Virus record (IMG/VR): IMGVR_UViG_3300008111_000001
From: a virus
Strand: one strand, 5' to 3'
DNA: 64,000 bases
Shown: positions 1 through 7,762 of the stretch, piece by piece
Layout of the letters: each line of letters begins with the position of its first letter
Position numbering within the stretch: position 1 is the stretch's first letter
The notes under the pieces: model-generated
Seen by the model: only the letters and a program-made list of their open reading frames with translations
Told to the model about the DNA's origin: nothing
The model's database searches: none
Translations under genes and position numbers: made by a program

Positions 1-11
1 AATATAAGGAA

Positions 12-1418
12 TTGTTCTGGAAAGAAAGCTGGTCAATAGCTGGGGAAAATCCGGAAGCCGTCTCCTACCTATATCAAAGAATAGATTATATGGAAATGGC
101 TATGAAAAGGCCATTTTTAGATTTTTTGATTGAAGTTACTGAGCATATTGTAAAATACGCAAATGTATTCGTAGTCAAAGCTAGGGGTGACATATCGGAA
201 TATTTTCCTACGCCGATATCCGGTGTGAATGCAGCACAACCTGTTGTTGGCTATTATCTAATCCCCACGGAACAAGTCAGAATTTTAAGAGATAAATTCA
301 ATAGACCAAAATCATACCAGCAAGCTACCGACCCACTAACATACATGCCGTCAGAGAGAGATCCCGTGTGGTCCGCTGATCGTGTCATACATATGTATTT
401 AGATAAAAAATCTGGAAGAGCTTTTGGTACTCCATTTCTAAGTTCTGTGCTTGATGATGTCGTTGCCCTTCGTCAAATAGAGGAAGATATTCAAAACCTT
501 GTCCATAGAGAGCTTTTCCCGTTATACAAATACACTATAGGTACGGCGGATCAGCCAGCAGAACCTCAAGAGATATCTAATGCAGCATCAGAAATAGAAT
601 CTTTAAGGGCAGAAGGTGGTCTAATACTTCCTTATAGGCATAACATTGAGGTTATTGGAGCCAATAACAGCGCACTTGATGCTTCCGGCTATCTTGAACA
701 TTTTAAGGAAAGAGTTGCAGTTGGATTAGGAGTTGCTCCTCATCACCTAGGAATGATGATGAACGGTGGCAATAGATCTGTAACTGACCGTCTTGACACT
801 GCCCTATATGATAAAGTTAAGCAGTATCAGAAGATAGTTGCAGAAATGATTAGGGTTCATATTTTTAATGAACTTTTGCTTGAGGGCGGATTTGATCCAG
901 TAACTAATCCCTTGGAAGAGGGCATATCGGATAGATGTTATTTTAAATTTAATGAAATTGACGTCGATACCCAGGTTAAAAAAGAAACCCATGTCATACA
1001 AAAGTATGTCAATAATATGATTTCAATAAAGGAAGCCAGACTAGAGCTTGGCTTAAATCCTGAATACGAAGAAGATGAAATGTTTGCCGCAATACAAGGC
1101 AAGGTTCAAATGGATCTAGCTAAGAACCAGGCTGAGTTGACTATGGCAAAGTCAGAATCAAAAGATGTTTTAACAGATGGAGACAAGCAGGCTCCTGCTC
1201 AAAAAGGTGAAAGAAACCTAGTTAATAGAAGACGGGGTGCCGGTAATTCAACTCGTCCAGCGAATCAGCAAGGTAGAAATACTTCACCCAATATAAGAAG
1301 ATCTGATAATGCGTGGTTGACATTAGTTGAAAATGCCCTTGAATCAGAGTATACTATAGTTTATACAAAAGAGGAAAAGGAAGATAATAATGTCGATAAA
1401 CCCAACTCTCAAGAATGA
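12..1418 (+). CDS. Portal protein (5'-truncated; frame is open to the window edge)
   Basis: Frame stays open upstream of TTG 12 (tat aag gaa ttg). Portal-like pattern (YANVFVVKARG, H..LDKKSGRAFGTPFLSSVLDD, G..ILP..H.I, acidic/basic C-tail) and first position in the head module. Confidence 0.85.
   Translation: MFWKESWSIAGENPEAVSYLYQRIDYMEMAMKRPFLDFLIEVTEHIVKYANVFVVKARGDISEYFPTPISGVNAAQPVVGYYLIPTEQVRILRDKFNRPKSYQQATDPLTYMPSERDPVWSADRVIHMYLDKKSGRAFGTPFLSSVLDDVVALRQIEEDIQNLVHRELFPLYKYTIGTADQPAEPQEISNAASEIESLRAEGGLILPYRHNIEVIGANNSALDASGYLEHFKERVAVGLGVAPHHLGMMMNGGNRSVTDRLDTALYDKVKQYQKIVAEMIRVHIFNELLLEGGFDPVTNPLEEGISDRCYFKFNEIDVDTQVKKETHVIQKYVNNMISIKEARLELGLNPEYEEDEMFAAIQGKVQMDLAKNQAELTMAKSESKDVLTDGDKQAPAQKGERNLVNRRRGAGNSTRPANQQGRNTSPNIRRSDNAWLTLVENALESEYTIVYTKEEKEDNNVDKPNSQE
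1351..1358 (+). promoter_or_regulatory. Variant of putative late-promoter motif (ATACTATA)
   Basis: About 32 nt upstream of ATG 1390; AAGGAAG RBS at about 1378-1384. Confidence 0.3.
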
Positions 1419-1752
1419 GCAGTTAGCAGCCTATTTAGCTACAGATGATTCGGTACGAGCTTTAGAAAAAGCCGTAGATAATGGTCAAACTCGACTCGCT
1501 CTTCAGGTAGTCCTAGATCTTATTTCTGAATTAACAGAAAGAGTTATGGATTTAGAAGATATTGTTCATTCATCTGAGGAAGAGTTGGATGGGCAAGATG
1601 CGCCCAGTGAAGTTGTCGTAGCCAACGATACTCCGGTTGAACAGCAGGTCCCAGTAAATGCTGATAAAAGCGAAGCTAAAAAAGATGAAGCTGTAACCGA
1701 AAAGGTAGAGCAAAATAAAGTAAAGTCTGAGGAGACTAAAGTTTCAAAATGA
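1390..1752 (+). CDS. Acidic hypothetical protein (N-terminal coiled coil, E/K-rich tail); probable head assembly or internal protein
   Basis: ORF with RBS; overlaps portal 3' end; ATGA overlap with the glycosyltransferase. Confidence 0.6.
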   Translation: MSINPTLKNEQLAAYLATDDSVRALEKAVDNGQTRLALQVVLDLISELTERVMDLEDIVHSSEEELDGQDAPSEVVVANDTPVEQQVPVNADKSEAKKDEAVTEKVEQNKVKSEETKVSK

Positions 1753-2528
1753 AGCTTTTAATAGGTTGTCCAATGTATAAGAGATCTTGGATACTACCCC
1801 ATTGGATTCGATGCATAATTAATCAATCTGTTTCTATTGAAGATATTGGTTTTGTTTTTGAAGTTTCGCCTGATGATACTGAAACAATAAATTCTTTGCA
1901 GGCTTGGAAAAAGTTTGACAACAGAATACCTTATTTTAATATAAAAATAAGAGAAGATATACCTCATTTTCAACATGAAAACAATGGAAGACAATGGACA
2001 ATCTCTAAGTATGAAAATATGGTTTCGCTTAGAAATTCATTACTTAATACAGTAAGAGAAGTAAATCCTGATTATTATCTCAGCTTAGATTCAGATATAT
2101 TGTTGACAAATCCAAATACCATAGAATTATTGATGGCACACATTAAGTCTGGCGCCGATGCAGTGAATCCGTTAATGTTCATGACTCCATTTGGAACAAT
2201 GTATCCAAGTGTTATGACATGGAGATCTGATGCTCCAAGAAAAGCATTTAGGTTAGAGAAGTATCCTTTAGGAACCTATTTTAAATCTGATGTAATTATG
2301 GCAGCAAAAATGATGAGTAAAAAAGTTTATTCCAACATTGACTACAGTGTTCATGAGCAAGGCGAAGATGTTGGTTGGTCGTGGTCTTGCAAGCAGGCTG
2401 ATTATAATCTTTTTTGCGCTTCATATATTTATGCCCCACATATAATGTCTGAATTGATGTATAATGGATATTTAAGCAATGGAGACGAAAGATCTGAGAT
2501 AGTTTTTGAGAACTATGCTAAAGTGTGA
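1749..2528 (+). CDS. GT-A fold (GT2-like) glycosyltransferase
   Basis: N-terminal LLIGCPMYKR strand, RN..L helix, DxD motif (YLSLDSDILL), late GEDVGW motif and C-terminal His (APHIM). Confidence 0.85.
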   Translation: MKLLIGCPMYKRSWILPHWIRCIINQSVSIEDIGFVFEVSPDDTETINSLQAWKKFDNRIPYFNIKIREDIPHFQHENNGRQWTISKYENMVSLRNSLLNTVREVNPDYYLSLDSDILLTNPNTIELLMAHIKSGADAVNPLMFMTPFGTMYPSVMTWRSDAPRKAFRLEKYPLGTYFKSDVIMAAKMMSKKVYSNIDYSVHEQGEDVGWSWSCKQADYNLFCASYIYAPHIMSELMYNGYLSNGDERSEIVFENYAKV

Positions 2529-2567
2529 TATATTTGTATAAAATTGTTCAATGTTATAAAAATAAAC

Positions 2568-2582
2568 TTACTATTAAAATAG
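2568..2582 (+). promoter_or_regulatory. Putative phage late promoter TTACTATTAAAATAG
   Basis: Intergenic; identical 15-mer at 6191-6205; core about 30 nt upstream of ATG 2605. Confidence 0.55.
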
Positions 2583-2604
2583 ATATTAATCAATAGGGGA
2601 ATTC

Positions 2605-4224
2605 ATGTCTTTTGATTTTGTAGAAAACTTTACATTACAGCTTCCTGACTTTTCAAAGTCAGATATAGATTTTTCAGAATCATTTAATTCCAGGCACGGT
2701 TTAATTATTGAAGTCGCCGCTATACATGAGGGCTTGACTGCTAATTATAACCATTATTCAGCTCTGGAGTTAGAAAAGGCTTTACAGTCTTGGGTTGAGC
2801 CCTATCCAAAGCCCATTATTCTCAATCATGATTTAAACACTGAGCCCATTGGCAGGGTAATGGCAGCTAAAATGGACAAAGAATCAGATGGAAGCGCTTT
2901 TGTCAGACTGCAAATAGCAATTACAGATCCCGTTGCAGCACAGAAAGTAATTGACAAAAGATATTTAACTGGTTCAGTTGGCGGAAGAGCTGCAAAAGCT
3001 GTTTGCAGCATTTCGGGTGACGATCTTGCTACTGAAGATGATTCCGGTCGCCCCCGTATGCCCAAGTTTAAGAGGGGTAAAGTTTACAAGGGCAAATTAG
3101 CATACATTGATATGCAAGATATTTCGTTTAAAGAGTATTCATTTGTGAATCAGCCAGCAGATCAAAAGTCTGGAGTTAGATCCACAAAGGTGCAAGATGG
3201 TAAGGCCGAAATCTCCGACTCTGATGGTTGGATCGCAAAGAGCGCTGCTTTTATTCTCAGTATGGATAATGAAGATATTATTTCAATTGAGGAAAATAGA
3301 TCAATTCTTTCAGATATGAAAAAGAAAGAATCGAAACCAATTTACTTACATTTAAAGGGCGCATTTTTGACTGCACTAGCCCTTCAGGAAAGTGAAAGTT
3401 ATATAAGTAATGCTAATTCATTACTATCCAATGAAGATTCTGAAAAAAATAATTCTGAGGAGACTCATAGCATGAAAGATGTTAATAAAGAAGAGGATAT
3501 CCTAGCTGTAGCCGAAGGGTTAAGCGAGGATCTTTCTAATATAGCAGCTTCTTCTTCCGAAGAGCCTTCAGACGCAGCTGATGAAAAAGTTGCCGAAGAG
3601 GCTTCAGAAGAAAAAGCCGAAGAGGTTTCAGAAGAGTCTGCTTCAACAGATTCAGAAGAAAAGAACTCAGCTGACGATTCAGAAGAGGCGGATGTACAGA
3701 CTGTAGATTCCGAAAATGCTGAAAAGCCAGAAGAGTCATCGGTTGAAACAACTGATGAGAATCAAGAAGAGGCCGAAGAGGTTGATCAGCTCAGCGATAA
3801 CAAAGAGGGCGTTGAGCAAGATGTCGATCCACTTAAGGCCAGAATTCAACTTCTTGAAGAAGAAAATGCAAAGCTCAAAGGCGCTCTGCATAGAACTTTG
3901 GTTGAAAGAGTTGTTGATACCAAGATTGGTTTAGGTTATGAGTCTGTTGATGATCGTGAAAAATTGATCGAAGAGCACGCTGCTCGTACAGCTTCATCGC
4001 TAGCCGATAGTCTCAGAGATTTGGCTAAGGCCCCAGCAAAGACTGGTAAAAGAGTCTCTAATTTTGCTGGCATGCCAGAAGTCACTTCTGAGGCAGAGGT
4101 AACTGAGTCTGAAGACAATGTTTTGACTTTGGATAAAGAGGAAGAAACCAGCAAGCCTGGTTCCTCTGTAGATTCTTTCGAACAGGTTCTAGTAGACGCC
4201 CTCATGGGCAGACGTAAACTTTAA
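2605..4224 (+). CDS. Prohead (maturation) protease fused to acidic scaffold domain
   Basis: Herpes/HK97-type protease motifs IILNHD...PIGRV (His) and TGSVGG (Ser), FKEYSFVNQPAD; followed by an acidic low-complexity linker and a coiled coil; lies between portal and capsid genes. Confidence 0.85.
   Translation: MSFDFVENFTLQLPDFSKSDIDFSESFNSRHGLIIEVAAIHEGLTANYNHYSALELEKALQSWVEPYPKPIILNHDLNTEPIGRVMAAKMDKESDGSAFVRLQIAITDPVAAQKVIDKRYLTGSVGGRAAKAVCSISGDDLATEDDSGRPRMPKFKRGKVYKGKLAYIDMQDISFKEYSFVNQPADQKSGVRSTKVQDGKAEISDSDGWIAKSAAFILSMDNEDIISIEENRSILSDMKKKESKPIYLHLKGAFLTALALQESESYISNANSLLSNEDSEKNNSEETHSMKDVNKEEDILAVAEGLSEDLSNIAASSSEEPSDAADEKVAEEASEEKAEEVSEESASTDSEEKNSADDSEEADVQTVDSENAEKPEESSVETTDENQEEAEEVDQLSDNKEGVEQDVDPLKARIQLLEEENAKLKGALHRTLVERVVDTKIGLGYESVDDREKLIEEHAARTASSLADSLRDLAKAPAKTGKRVSNFAGMPEVTSEAEVTESEDNVLTLDKEEETSKPGSSVDSFEQVLVDALMGRRKL
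3421..3427 (+). promoter_or_regulatory. Putative internal late-promoter motif TTACTAT for nested scaffold gene
   Basis: Same core as 2568, 6191 and 14515; 45 nt upstream of in-frame ATG 3472. Confidence 0.4.
3472..4224 (+). CDS. Nested in-frame scaffolding protein (about 250 aa)
   Basis: GAGGAG at 3457-3462, 9 nt before in-frame ATG 3472 (MKDVNKEE...); the acidic region begins here. Confidence 0.6.
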   Translation: MKDVNKEEDILAVAEGLSEDLSNIAASSSEEPSDAADEKVAEEASEEKAEEVSEESASTDSEEKNSADDSEEADVQTVDSENAEKPEESSVETTDENQEEAEEVDQLSDNKEGVEQDVDPLKARIQLLEEENAKLKGALHRTLVERVVDTKIGLGYESVDDREKLIEEHAARTASSLADSLRDLAKAPAKTGKRVSNFAGMPEVTSEAEVTESEDNVLTLDKEEETSKPGSSVDSFEQVLVDALMGRRKL

Positions 4225-4242
4225 TAATTAAGGAGATAAAAA

Positions 4243-5001
4243 ATGAGTTTAGCAAAGTTCCGCAAGGTTCATAGCAAAACAGGCGCTGGCCGGTTTGTTG
4301 TTTCTGAGGGCGTAGCCCCCAGTGCATACTTGCTTCCCCATCCTGGTTTGCCAACATGGTATCTAGACAGCGAAGATGATCGTTTCGAGATCGTCATTCC
4401 TAAGGGTACTATCCTTTCAGTGGTAGCCGACAGCAATGGCGATGCCCGGGTTGTACCAGCTAATGGTACAAGCTCAAACAAGAGCTGGGGCGACGTAATG
4501 CCTAGCTGGGACCCACAAGATGGCGCTACACCAACATCAACAAGCGGCTCAACCGATACCGTAACAGTATCAGCTCGCTCAATTCCAGTTGGTTGCGCAC
4601 AATATGATCTCTACAGACCATTTGATAAGGGCACATCGCAAGGTGCTGGCTTTATTACTCACGGCTATGTAGAGTATCCCATGGTTGCTGGCATTAATGA
4701 CGATGTAACAGTTGGGTCACTAATTCGTTCCGATTTCATGGGACGTCCAGTGGCTGCAGCTGCTGCCGATCTTCAGGACTATGCCTACCTCCAGGTCGGT
4801 AAGGTTATTGAGGTTGAGAAGTTTGCTACAAACTTCGATGACGGCCTCCTTAGCTACATGCAGCTCCCATCAGATCCAGGTGCACTAAAGACAGTATACG
4901 AACTTACTCGTAGCGGAAGCTACAGCGGTAAGCTCGGTATTCGTGCAAACCTAGATGTATACAATGTCATTGGTGCTTTCCGCGTCAATTTGACACTCTA
5001 A
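4243..5001 (+). CDS. Capsid decoration/cement protein
   Basis: Between scaffold and MCP with strong AGGAG RBS; beta-rich; IVIPKGTILSV and V..G..I.SDFMG.PV patterns typical of decoration proteins. Confidence 0.65.
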   Translation: MSLAKFRKVHSKTGAGRFVVSEGVAPSAYLLPHPGLPTWYLDSEDDRFEIVIPKGTILSVVADSNGDARVVPANGTSSNKSWGDVMPSWDPQDGATPTSTSGSTDTVTVSARSIPVGCAQYDLYRPFDKGTSQGAGFITHGYVEYPMVAGINDDVTVGSLIRSDFMGRPVAAAAADLQDYAYLQVGKVIEVEKFATNFDDGLLSYMQLPSDPGALKTVYELTRSGSYSGKLGIRANLDVYNVIGAFRVNLTL

Positions 5002-5034
5002 TCAAAACAATAACACAGGAGGAATATTCCTAAG

Positions 5035-6093
5035 ATGAGTAAGACAATCCAAGAGCTCCTCTCTGGTCTCCCAGCTTGGGAGGCTGCACTGACTGAGGAC
5101 GGGTATATCGATGCAGACAATAGAGTAACCATTAAGGAGGCTTTTGCTTCACCAGACGCAGCAGCCCTTTTCCCCAAGGTTCTCTCTCGTACGCTAAGAG
5201 AAGCAGCTGAGCCACAGCTTCTTGTGACCCCCCTGCTTTCCACTGTTCGTCTCGGTAAGGGGCGTTCTTTGGAGTTCCCAGCAGTCAATGCTATCCAAGC
5301 GGCTGAGATTCCAGAAGGCCAAGAATATCCAGAGCAAGCACTCGCCTTTGCAAAGCAGGTAGAGGGCAAAGTTTCAAAGAAGGGTGTAAAGCTAGCTTTC
5401 ACTGAGGAAGTAATCGCTGACTCACTTTGGGACATTGTCGGTCTACATGTTCGTGCAGCCGGACGTGCCATGGCTCGTTTAAAAGAGCAGATTGCTCTTA
5501 GCCGCTTCAAGGATGCAGCAACTATCGTTTTTGACAACGATAGCGGTTCATATGATGACACAACAGGTCTTGACATTAATGGCGCTGCCAATCAGACAAT
5601 TACCTGGGATGACATCGTGGACATGGCTGCTGTTCTCATGGCTGAAAATCATGTACCAACAGACTTTATTCTTCACCCCCTAATGTGGTCGGTATTCCTC
5701 AAGGATTCCATCTTCCATGCCGGTGGTGCAGCTTCTGGTGTTGGCACAAGTTGGGGATATCGTCCTCAGTCAGCTGAGGGTGCCCTTAATTCAACAGCTC
5801 CAATGGGACTAAATGTCCTTGTTTCACCATTCGTAAGCTTTACCGCTAAGAGTGGTGCAACTGCAGCTAAGTCAGACTTGTTCTTGATCGACCGTAACGA
5901 GGTAGGTACACTTCTCGTTAAGGACGACATGAGCACCGATCAGTTCGATGATCCAAGTCGCGACCTTCGTTCACTAAAGATGAAGGAGCGGTATGACATC
6001 GTAATGCTAGGTGACGGCGAAGGTATTACCGTAGCTAAGAACGTCAGACTCAGCCGTAACTATGAAGTACAGGTTACTAACGATATAGCCTGA
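5035..6093 (+). CDS. Major capsid protein, HK97 fold
   Basis: AGGAGG RBS; AAEIPEGQEYP E-loop motif, KKGVKLAFTEEVIADS, spine helix AAGRAMARLKEQIAL, TDFILHP and MKERYD near the C-terminus; followed by a terminator. Confidence 0.93.
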   Translation: MSKTIQELLSGLPAWEAALTEDGYIDADNRVTIKEAFASPDAAALFPKVLSRTLREAAEPQLLVTPLLSTVRLGKGRSLEFPAVNAIQAAEIPEGQEYPEQALAFAKQVEGKVSKKGVKLAFTEEVIADSLWDIVGLHVRAAGRAMARLKEQIALSRFKDAATIVFDNDSGSYDDTTGLDINGAANQTITWDDIVDMAAVLMAENHVPTDFILHPLMWSVFLKDSIFHAGGAASGVGTSWGYRPQSAEGALNSTAPMGLNVLVSPFVSFTAKSGATAAKSDLFLIDRNEVGTLLVKDDMSTDQFDDPSRDLRSLKMKERYDIVMLGDGEGITVAKNVRLSRNYEVQVTNDIA

Positions 6094-6099
6094 TAGAAA

Positions 6100-6135
6100 A
6101 CCTTAGGGTCGTTATAGTTACAAATTACCCTAAAG
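6100..6135 (+). other. Hairpin in MCP 3' UTR containing a 22-nt antisense match to 23S rRNA helix 69-70
   Basis: 6100-6121 reverse complement GTAACTATAACGACCCTAAGGT versus 23S GTAACTATAACGGTCCTAAGGT (20/22); TTAGGGT 6103-6109 pairs with ACCCTAA 6127-6133. Confidence 0.5.
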
Positions 6136-6138
6136 CTT

Positions 6139-6176
6139 GGGGGTGGTGGAGAAATCCGCCACCCCCTCTGCTTTTA
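6139..6176 (+). terminator. Rho-independent terminator after major capsid gene
   Basis: 12-bp stem GGGGGTGGTGGA / TCCGCCACCCCC (one G-U), GAAA tetraloop, followed by TCTGCTTTT. Confidence 0.85.
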
Positions 6177-6190
6177 TTGGATTTCTTTTA

Positions 6191-6205
6191 TTACTATTAA
6201 AATAG
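6191..6205 (+). promoter_or_regulatory. Putative phage late promoter TTACTATTAAAATAG
   Basis: Directly after the terminator; identical to 2568-2582; upstream of the next gene. Confidence 0.55.
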
Positions 6206-6228
6206 GTTTTATTGATGGAGTGTGTTTA

Positions 6229-7002
6229 GTGAGCTTGTATTTAATAGACAACGCTACCGTAACTGTTAATACAGTTAATATTAAGTTTGGTAGAACAATA
6301 AAAATAGCTTCTTTAGTAAATGCTAACTTTACACTGTTTACCGACGCTGCTACACCGGTTCAAATTAGTTCTGCTTTTAGAACCATAAATACAATAACTG
6401 ATTATAATCAGATTAGTAGAACTTTAACGCTTTATTGGAACGTTGTTTTATCTTCTGGTTCAGATTATATTATTAAGGTAGCTAATTTAGTAGATTCCTC
6501 TGGCTTAACTGTTCCAGAGGAACAGATAAGCTTTACTAGCCAAACTAATTCTGCTACACCGTCTATTCTTCAAGAAACTCAAGGGACTGTTCTTAATGAG
6601 GTTCTAATTGAAGATAAATCAGTTAGGGTAGACATAGAAACCGGATATCAGATTCTGGCAAAAAATCCAGATTTTTATATTATTTCTACAGATCCTTCAA
6701 CGGGTAGCTTTTACTTAAATAATGATGAGAATAATGGACGAGTCACTATAAACTTTAGTTCACGTCCAGCATCAAACTTTTTGACCTCAAAATATTTTAA
6801 AGCTCAGAGAAAAAAAATACAGAAAACACCTTCTAGATGGGAGGCTGTAGACGCACAGGTGTCAATGCACTCATGGAGGGCTGATGTTTATGTGGACTTC
6901 CCATCTGACGACGCTACACCAGTTTATTCTACTGATGATAAAACATACTTTGAGTCTGGCTATAAGTATAGGGTTATTGTTTCTTCCGAAGTTGGTCCGT
7001 GA
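6229..7002 (+). CDS. Ig-like domain virion protein (head/neck accessory)
   Basis: GGAG 6217-6220 favours GTG 6229 over 6220. Two bacterial Ig-like (Big_5-type) sandwiches: IKFGRTI...L...Y.I.V.NL.D.SG and VTINFS; three ATP tripeptides. Confidence 0.6.
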   Translation: MSLYLIDNATVTVNTVNIKFGRTIKIASLVNANFTLFTDAATPVQISSAFRTINTITDYNQISRTLTLYWNVVLSSGSDYIIKVANLVDSSGLTVPEEQISFTSQTNSATPSILQETQGTVLNEVLIEDKSVRVDIETGYQILAKNPDFYIISTDPSTGSFYLNNDENNGRVTINFSSRPASNFLTSKYFKAQRKKIQKTPSRWEAVDAQVSMHSWRADVYVDFPSDDATPVYSTDDKTYFESGYKYRVIVSSEVGP

Positions 7003-7412
7003 TGGCTAATGCACTGTACGCAAAAGCTAAAGAGGCCTTACTTGAGGGTTTATTGGATTTAACTGATAATAATATTAAAGTGGCATTAATAAAAAATACT
7101 TATTCTGTAAATTTAAATACTCATGAGTTTTTGTCAGATATATCAGGATCTGCTATCGCCGGATACTCAAATATTTTAACTGGCAAATCAACCTCTCTTG
7201 GCATCTTTGATGCAGAGAATATAACAATAGAGGATTATGGTAATTCTGGATTTTCTTATTTGGTTATATATAGAGATACCGGTACTGCAGCTACTTCTAG
7301 ATTAATTGCATACATTGATACGGCTACTGGCTTACCAGTTAACGCTACCGCAGATGTTATTTCAATTACGATAAATTGGAGTAATGATACTTATAAAATA
7401 TTTGGACTATAA
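7002..7412 (+). CDS. Conserved minor virion structural protein
   Basis: MANALY.K.KEALL...DLT...IKVAL...FDA...LVIYRDTG.AATS.LIAYIDTATGLP pattern is widespread in phage structural modules; TGATG overlap with the previous gene. Confidence 0.65.
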   Translation: MANALYAKAKEALLEGLLDLTDNNIKVALIKNTYSVNLNTHEFLSDISGSAIAGYSNILTGKSTSLGIFDAENITIEDYGNSGFSYLVIYRDTGTAATSRLIAYIDTATGLPVNATADVISITINWSNDTYKIFGL

Positions 7413-7421
7413 AGGATATTT

Positions 7422-7760
7422 ATGACTACTTCATATCCCGGAACATTAGATAATTTTGTAAACCCAACCGCTACAGATAAGCTAAATTCTGCAACGGTAC
7501 CACATCATCAGCAGCACACGGATTTGAACGACGCTGTTGAGGCAATAGAGACGGTCCTTGGCTTAAGCCCAGCAGGCGCCCATTTGACAGTTAAAGACAG
7601 AATAATCGCAGCAGAATCTGCTATAGCTACTCAATCGGTTTTAAATGGTTTAACTGATGTTACTATATCAACAGCTAATCCTGGTGATGTTTTGCGTTAC
7701 AACGGCTCTGCCTGGGTAAATTATGGTGAAGAAAATCTTGTTGATGGAGGAAACTTTTAA
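7422..7760 (+). CDS. Small fibre-associated protein
   Basis: H...[11 protein letters not shown] coiled segment, LTDVTI...[13 protein letters not shown] fibre repeat, C-terminal DGGNF. Confidence 0.55.
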   Translation: MTTSYPGTLDNFVNPTATDKLNSATVPHHQQHTDLNDAVEAIETVLGLSPAGAHLTVKDRIIAAESAIATQSVLNGLTDVTISTANPGDVLRYNGSAWVNYGEENLVDGGNF

Positions 7761-7762
7761 CA

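Noticed and set aside
3590-3660. Imperfect GAAGAG/TCAGAAGA repeats in the scaffold region
   Set aside because: Reflect Glu/Ser/Ala low-complexity protein sequence, not a DNA repeat element.
4998-5591. 197-aa minus-strand ORF opposite the MCP, plus other minus-strand and nested ORFs in the track (e.g. 3936-4205, 8488-8949, 9847-10302, 40055-40507, 43074-43562)
   Set aside because: They lie fully within strong plus-strand genes, lack RBSs or recognisable motifs, and are expected shadows of biased codon use.
6091-6120. Stop-codon read-through extending the MCP
   Set aside because: Tandem TGA TAG, and another in-frame TAG six codons after the second stop.
6100-6121. An rRNA gene or group I intron at the 23S-like match
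   Set aside because: Similarity is limited to 22 nt; flanks do not resemble 23S and no intron or homing endonuclease is adjacent.
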